Below, in pieces: positions 58,938 to 64,000 of a stretch of DNA of 64,000 nt (its first letter is position 1; the number at the start of each line of letters is the position of its first letter). The translations under genes and the position numbers were made by a program. Location: assembly GCA_046351395.1 (NCBI GenBank), contig JAXLYP010000017.1, forward strand, positions 129,508 through 193,507. Reading direction: 5' to 3'. Source of the stretch: Polyangiaceae bacterium. GTDB taxonomy: Bacteria; Myxococcota_A; Polyangia; Polyangiales; Polyangiaceae. The notes under the pieces were generated by a model that searched no databases, was not told the origin of the DNA, and was given only the letters and a program-made list of their open reading frames with translations.

Positions 58938-61022
58938 TCACCTCCGGAGCGCGCGGCTCTCGGCTCGAGGATCCGTCTCCTCGGCCGGGCGGTTCGGGGC
59001 TCCTGCGCGCGACGCGTTGAGCGCGAGGAGGCGCTCGATCACTCGGTCGTCGTACGAAGGCGAGCCGAGCTCCGAGGCGAGATCCATCCAGCCATACGAC
59101 TCGAGCGCCGCGTGTTCCATGCGCCGCTCGCACGCGCGCAACGCGTCGAGGCGCGAGTCGCGATCCCGGGGATCGAGGAGGCGCCGTCGGAGCGCCGTGA
59201 GCCCCACGCCGAGATCCGCGAGCACGCGTCCGCGCCTCTCGTCGAGCTCCGCACCCGCCCGGTCGAGCTCGGCGGTCGTGATCCGCGGATCCCCGAAAGG
59301 GAAGGGGAACGTCTCGGTGCACGTGGACGGCGTGTAGCGAAGCCCCTCGCCCAGCGTGGACGCGTGGCGGCGCGCCCACGCGACGTGGATGCGGGACTGG
59401 AGCAGCGCGAGGTGCCCGTCCCGGTCGAGCGCGAACACGCACAGCTGATCCGAAAAGACGCGATCCGTCGGCTGCCACGCGACGTGGATGGACCTCGACA
59501 GGCGTGGCAGCACGAGGCAACGCGCGAGGCCCGCGAGCGCGCGCCGGAGCTCGGGCCGCGTGTTTGCGAAGAGCCACCAGCGCGCCCGGTGGGCGTCGTT
59601 CGCGCCCCCGACGGGGAGCGCGAGGCGCTCGGGCTTCACGGTCCGCTCGAGGTGCGCGAGCAGACGAGGGTGCTGGGCGGCCTCTCCGAGCGTGCACGTG
59701 CCCTCGCCGAGGTGCGCGAGATCGATCACGAAGCGGTGCGGGGATTGGGTCGGCGACGCGCCGACCTCTTCGCCCCCGAGGAACGGCCGGAGCGGCGAGA
59801 GATCCTCCTCCGCGCCCTCCGCGATGCGCCGCGCCTCGCGCGCGTCGAGGACGAAGCCCTTGCCGCGGAGGAAGCAGCCGATGAAGCAGATCCGCTGCGA
59901 GGCGCCGAGGCGCGCCGGCTCGACGCGCTCGCGCCCGACGCGGAGGCTCGAGTCGATCGACGGCACCTCGCGCCCATCGAGCCGAGGAGCGGGGAGGGCG
60001 AGACCTCGCGCGAGGTGGACGATCGAGACGAACACCGCGGCGTCTCCGGGCCACGGCGCGCTCCGCGTCGCCTCGTAGAGGGTCCACCCCTCGGCCGCGA
60101 GCATTACCGCGAGGCCCGCGCGGCGCGTGTCCCCCTCCGCGAGGCTGTTCGTCGTCACGAAGCTGATCGTCGCCGCGCCGCCCGCGAGCGCGCCCGCGCG
60201 CCTCACGAAGTGGGCGGACAGATCCGCGTTCTTGCTCGTCCCGTGGCGCGCGTGGAGGGCGGCGGCGTACGCGGCGCCGAGCTCCGTCGAGATCCGCTTG
60301 CCGCCGAGGAACGGGGGGTTCCCGACCACGGCGTCGAACGCGGTGAAGCCCGCCGGGAGCCGATCGACGAGCGCGTCGCGGCACACGATCCGCCCCTCGA
60401 GCGCGCGCGCCGCCGCGCCTCGAAGGCCCGACGCGAGCGCGACGGAACGACGCGCGACCGCGGCGGCGACGGGGCTCTTGTCGATCCCGAAGAGACAACG
60501 AGCGGCGACCTCGCGCCGGGCCGCGTCGAGGGCGCCCTTCGCGCCCTCGCGCATCCACGCGGCGTGGAGGGCCTCCGCGAGGTGATCGAGCGCGGCGAGG
60601 AGGAACGCCCCCGCGCCGACGGACGGATCGAGCACGCGCAGCGCGAGGATCTCTTCGCTCGTGGGCGGTCGTCCTCGGCGCGCGAGGAGAGGCGCGAGCC
60701 CTCGCGCGACGACGCGCGCCGCGAGATCGTGCGGCGTGTAGTGCGTGCCGGTCGTGCGTCGAGCGTCCGTCCTCGCCACCTCGAGGCGGCCTTCGACCCT
60801 GCGAATCGCGAGCCCGAGGGACGCCTCGCAGAGCGCGCCCACCGCTGGCAAACCGTCCGCCGCGCTCTCCATGGCGTCGAAGGCGACGCCGAGCGCGACG
60901 CGAAGCAGGGCCTCGGAGGCCGCGCGCGGATCGACGTCACCGAGCGCCTCCGCGATCCCACTTCGGCGCGCGAGCCGTTCGAGCACACGCGCCGCGCCCG
61001 ATGTGGCGTTTGGTTTGGTCAC
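58938..61022 (-). CDS. Gamma-class N6-adenine DNA methyltransferase of the Eco57I/MmeI/PglX type with C-terminal target-recognition region; no nuclease domain seen
   Basis: Motif X GTHYTPHDLA. Motif I VLDPSVGAGAFLLAA. Motif II/III FGIDKSPVAAAV. Motif IV FDAVVGNPPF. About 350-aa C-terminal extension. Candidate GTG at 61022 overlaps the GNAT stop (GTGA); alternative ATG at 60872. Confidence 0.8.
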   Translation of the reverse strand: MTKPNATSGAARVLERLARRSGIAEALGDVDPRAASEALLRVALGVAFDAMESAADGLPAVGALCEASLGLAIRRVEGRLEVARTDARRTTGTHYTPHDLAARVVARGLAPLLARRGRPPTSEEILALRVLDPSVGAGAFLLAALDHLAEALHAAWMREGAKGALDAARREVAARCLFGIDKSPVAAAVARRSVALASGLRGAAARALEGRIVCRDALVDRLPAGFTAFDAVVGNPPFLGGKRISTELGAAYAAALHARHGTSKNADLSAHFVRRAGALAGGAATISFVTTNSLAEGDTRRAGLAVMLAAEGWTLYEATRSAPWPGDAAVFVSIVHLARGLALPAPRLDGREVPSIDSSLRVGRERVEPARLGASQRICFIGCFLRGKGFVLDAREARRIAEGAEEDLSPLRPFLGGEEVGASPTQSPHRFVIDLAHLGEGTCTLGEAAQHPRLLAHLERTVKPERLALPVGGANDAHRARWWLFANTRPELRRALAGLARCLVLPRLSRSIHVAWQPTDRVFSDQLCVFALDRDGHLALLQSRIHVAWARRHASTLGEGLRYTPSTCTETFPFPFGDPRITTAELDRAGAELDERRGRVLADLGVGLTALRRRLLDPRDRDSRLDALRACERRMEHAALESYGWMDLASELGSPSYDDRVIERLLALNASRAGAPNRPAEETDPRAESRALRR

Positions 61023-61561
61023 CGCTCGCCCGTTGGCGCCCCATCCCGCTCGCTCGGCGACACCCGTCCCGAGGAGGCGAGCCACTGCCAGTAGCCCACG
61101 TCGATCCACTTGCCGAACTTGAACCCCGTCTGTTCGAAGTGCGCGACCTTCTTCATCCCGAACCGCTCGTGGAGGGCGACGCTCGCCTCGTTCGGAAGCG
61201 CGATGCCGGCGAGGATCGCGTGGGTGCCGCGCGCTTCGAGCCTCGGAAAGAGCGTGCCGTAGAGCCGCCCGCCGATTCCGCGTCGCCCCAGCCCGGGCTT
61301 CACGTAGACGGTGATCTCCACCGAGAAGCGGTACGCCGATCGCGCCTTCCATGGCGCGGCGTACGCGTAGCCGACGACCTCGTCCCGATCGAGCCCGACG
61401 ACCCACTCCCCCGAGTGGGTCTCCATGCGCCGCTGCATCTCGCCCGGGGAGAGCTCGACCTCCTCGAACGTGATCACGGTCTCCCGGATGAAGTGGTTGT
61501 AGATCGCCGCGACGGCCGGCGCGTCGTCGGGCCGCGCGTCGCGCACCGTGATCGTCGACAT
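61019..61561 (-). CDS. GNAT family N-acetyltransferase (phosphinothricin-acetyltransferase-like)
   Basis: MSTITVRDARPDDAPAVAAIYNHF...RRGIGGRLYGTL acetyl-CoA motif. 180 aa. Confidence 0.85.
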   Translation of the reverse strand: MSTITVRDARPDDAPAVAAIYNHFIRETVITFEEVELSPGEMQRRMETHSGEWVVGLDRDEVVGYAYAAPWKARSAYRFSVEITVYVKPGLGRRGIGGRLYGTLFPRLEARGTHAILAGIALPNEASVALHERFGMKKVAHFEQTGFKFGKWIDVGYWQWLASSGRVSPSERDGAPTGER

Positions 61562-61668
61562 GGCCGCCGCGTAGCACTGCCTTTCAGAAAGAGCATTGCG
61601 GCGACCGTCGTACTCCAATACTCACCTATGGGAAGTATGGGCGACGCCGTGGATGGAGGAAGACGACG

Positions 61669-62403
61669 ATGACGAAGGTCGCTGGTGCTCTCGCGCTCGC
61701 GCTGTGTTTGGGAGCGGCGGCGTGCGGCTCCCCCGACGCAAAGCCCGCGGGCTCGGGTTCTCCGAGCGCCACGGCCACCACGTCGACGAAGGTGGCCACC
61801 TCGGCCGCGCCCGCGAAGTCCGACGAGCCGAAGGTGGACGTGGACATCGCGAAGATCCTCGATGCCTCGAAGGACGCGAAGACGTCCGGCGCGCTCAAGG
61901 TGGACCTCTCGAAGGTCGACGAGAACGCGCCCCCCATCGGGGGATCCGCGGCGAAGAAGGACCCTTCGGCGAAGTACACGTGGATCGCAGCCGGTGACGC
62001 CGTCCTCATCGGCCAGCCGCAGGGCTGGGAGAAGGGCGGGAACGAGGTGATCGGCCAGTTCCTCGACGCGAAGAAGAAGGCCACGATCGTCTGGCGGACG
62101 TTCACCGATCAGAAGGACGGTCAGGCGAAGGTCGACGATCTGGTGAAGCGGCTCTCGATGAAGGACCCCGTCTGGCGCGACAACGTCCTCAAGAAGTTCG
62201 TCCTCGGGCCCGACAAGATCCCCGCGCTCATGGGCGCCGGAAACGCCAAGGAGCCCGACGGGACGCCCGTGGCGCTGTTCTATTTCCTCGTGCAGACGGG
62301 AGGAAAAGAGAACCTGCTGATCATCGGCGGCGTCGACGACGGCGCGCCCAAGGAGACCCTCGACGAGGCGATCCGCATCATCGACGGCATCAAGAAGAAG
62401 TAG
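61669..62403 (+). CDS. Lys-rich lipoprotein
   Basis: MTKVAGALALALCLGAAACGS lipobox. 244 aa. Confidence 0.6.
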   Translation: MTKVAGALALALCLGAAACGSPDAKPAGSGSPSATATTSTKVATSAAPAKSDEPKVDVDIAKILDASKDAKTSGALKVDLSKVDENAPPIGGSAAKKDPSAKYTWIAAGDAVLIGQPQGWEKGGNEVIGQFLDAKKKATIVWRTFTDQKDGQAKVDDLVKRLSMKDPVWRDNVLKKFVLGPDKIPALMGAGNAKEPDGTPVALFYFLVQTGGKENLLIIGGVDDGAPKETLDEAIRIIDGIKKK

Positions 62404-62431
62404 CGTCGAGCTCGCGGGCGCCGCGCTTTCG
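62404..62431. terminator. Possible bidirectional terminator hairpin between convergent genes
   Basis: Perfect palindrome gcgggcgccgc followed by cttt, in the 28-bp gap between the convergent lipoprotein and deacetylase genes. Confidence 0.3.
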
Positions 62432-63511
62432 TCACTCGCAACCGAGCTTCGCGCGCGCCATCGACTCGAGGGACACGACGCTGACCCCGTCCATCTCCAT
62501 CTGATCGAGGCCGCGCGCGAGCGCGGCCTTCTCGATCGCGTCGTGCACGAGCAGCACCCCGCCGCGCCGCGTGGCCCACGTCATGTTGCTCTGCTGGTAG
62601 CCCACGTCGTGCGCGCGCCCCTCCTCGGTCTCGCCGGTCGCGCCGTGCCACAGCACGTTCACCAACCCGAGGCGGTCGAGCGCCTCTTGGTATCGCTTCG
62701 CCGCGGGCGTGTCTTGGCTGCCGAGGTAGGTCCCGCCGCCTGGCGGCCGATAGAACGCGATCGGGTACGCGTGCGCCTGCTCGACGCCGCGCTCTCGCAG
62801 CACCTCGCTCGTCCTCGCCGCGAACACCTCGTGGTCGGTGCGGAGCTTGTCCTTCATGATCCACGCGAACGGCTGCACGTCGAAGACGCGCGTGTAGAGC
62901 GCGTTGAAGTCGTCCTCGCTCGTCGCGACGAGCGCGAGGTCCACGAGCGCCTGCGTGGTCACGTGCTCGCCGACGATGTACTCGACGCCCGCCTCCCCGC
63001 CGTACGCGGACGCCATCTCGACGTCGTGGTCGTAGCTGTGCGAGCCGATCGTGTGGCCTGCCGCGATCGTGCGCTGGATGAGGCCGTACGTGTGGCTGTT
63101 GATCGCGCGTCCGACGACGAAGAACGTCGCCTGGACGTGGTGCGCCGCGAGCAGATCGAGCACCGCGGGCGTGAACGTGACGTGCGGGCCGTCGTCGAAC
63201 GTGAGCGCTACCGTCTTCTCCACCCGCGGATCGTCGCGGTTGATGAGGAGTGAGCCGCCGCGCTCCGCCATACAGCTCGAGAGCGTGCGCCGCTCGGGCG
63301 CCGCCGCTTCGAGGCTCGGGACCTGAGCCGCGACGAGCTCGATCGGAGAGGCGGCTCGAATCGTCGCCGCGCCGTCCACGAGCACTTGGGCCTGCGGCGT
63401 GACGGGGGCCGCCACCGGGGCTCGGTGCCCGGGGAGCGCCGAGCATCCGGACACGAGGGAGAGAACGGCACCGAGGACCACCGAACCGAGCGACCGACCG
63501 CGAATCGTCAT
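62432..63511 (-). CDS. Polysaccharide deacetylase (NodB/CE4) lipoprotein
   Basis: Lipobox LSLVSGCS. TFDDGP and HxxxH (SHSYDHD) CE4 motifs. Confidence 0.85.
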   Translation of the reverse strand: MTIRGRSLGSVVLGAVLSLVSGCSALPGHRAPVAAPVTPQAQVLVDGAATIRAASPIELVAAQVPSLEAAAPERRTLSSCMAERGGSLLINRDDPRVEKTVALTFDDGPHVTFTPAVLDLLAAHHVQATFFVVGRAINSHTYGLIQRTIAAGHTIGSHSYDHDVEMASAYGGEAGVEYIVGEHVTTQALVDLALVATSEDDFNALYTRVFDVQPFAWIMKDKLRTDHEVFAARTSEVLRERGVEQAHAYPIAFYRPPGGGTYLGSQDTPAAKRYQEALDRLGLVNVLWHGATGETEEGRAHDVGYQQSNMTWATRRGGVLLVHDAIEKAALARGLDQMEMDGVSVVSLESMARAKLGCE

Positions 63512-63595
63512 GCCCGGAAGACCGGGAACCGTGACAGGAGCGCTCGAAAAAAAGCGCAGTGCGGGTCTGTCACGGTTCGCGGTACGACGGGGGAA

Positions 63596-64000
63596 TGGCT
63601 CTGTCCGAGCACGAGGAGGACGACGCCGCGCTGCTCGCGCGGGCGGCCGCGTCAGGGCAGCCGGGCGCGCGCCCCGCGCAGTCGGAGTTCTACGCGCGAC
63701 ACGTGCGGTACCTCTACGGCGCGCTCAAGCGCCGGGAGGCCGTCCTCGCGCGGATCGGCGGGCTGTCCATCGAGGATCTCGTCCAGGAGACCTTCCAGCG
63801 CGCGTTCCAGTACGGCGGCTCGTTCCGCGCGGACACGACCGATCCGGAGCGCGCGCGCCTGCAGACGCGCGCGTGGCTCGGGAGGATCGCGGAGCGGCTG
63901 ATCGTGAACGCCATCGCGAAGCCGAGCGAGGTCGTCGCGTCCGAGCTCGTCGAGGCCGCGAGCGACGAGGATCTCGAGGTGCCTCCGTCTTCACCCGGCG
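63596..64000 (+). CDS. ECF (sigma-70 family) RNA polymerase sigma factor, 3' truncated by window edge
   Basis: Region-2 motif DLVQETFQRAF. Runs off the window end. Confidence 0.8.

Noticed and set aside
58914-61094. 726-aa plus-strand ORF
   Set aside because: Antisense to the N6-adenine methyltransferase, which shows unambiguous catalytic motifs on the minus strand.

Overview
High-GC (~70%) bacterial chromosome segment, most consistent with a myxobacterium (Deltaproteobacteria/Myxococcota). Supporting signs are the many eukaryotic-like Ser/Thr kinases, an FHA-sigma54 activator, a DUF2169-pentapeptide protein, Ser/Thr/Gly-linker lipoproteins and an ECF sigma factor. About 55 genes can be called. 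The organising feature is a kdp high-affinity K+ uptake locus: kdpE, a novel small peptide, then kdpF-A-B-C. After it comes a segmental duplication in which the kdpB-tail/kdpC/kdpD unit occurs twice (about 27.9-31.4 kb and 33.1-36.6 kb), separated by a porin-like gene. Copy-1 kdpD carries five single-base indels, all in G runs. Copy-2 kdpC has lost its ATG while copy-2 kdpD is intact. Other genes include an OmpA protein with thrombospondin type-3 repeats, two tandem receptor-like Ser/Thr kinases, a dimethylglycine-dehydrogenase-family enzyme, purEK, thiolase, Fe-ADH and assorted lipoproteins. There is also a tight 4-gene operon: GNAT, gamma-class N6-adenine DNA methyltransferase, Ser/Thr kinase, polytopic membrane protein. 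A recurring observation is that frame disruptions cluster at homopolymers in a few genes (both tandem kinases, kdpD copy 1, a crotonase, an RRM RNA-binding gene, and a lower-GC fragmented region at 48.2-50.3 kb). The sequence alone cannot separate genuine pseudogenisation from homopolymer sequencing error. Many long antisense ORFs are GC-rich artefacts and were ignored. No tRNA, rRNA or CRISPR was seen.
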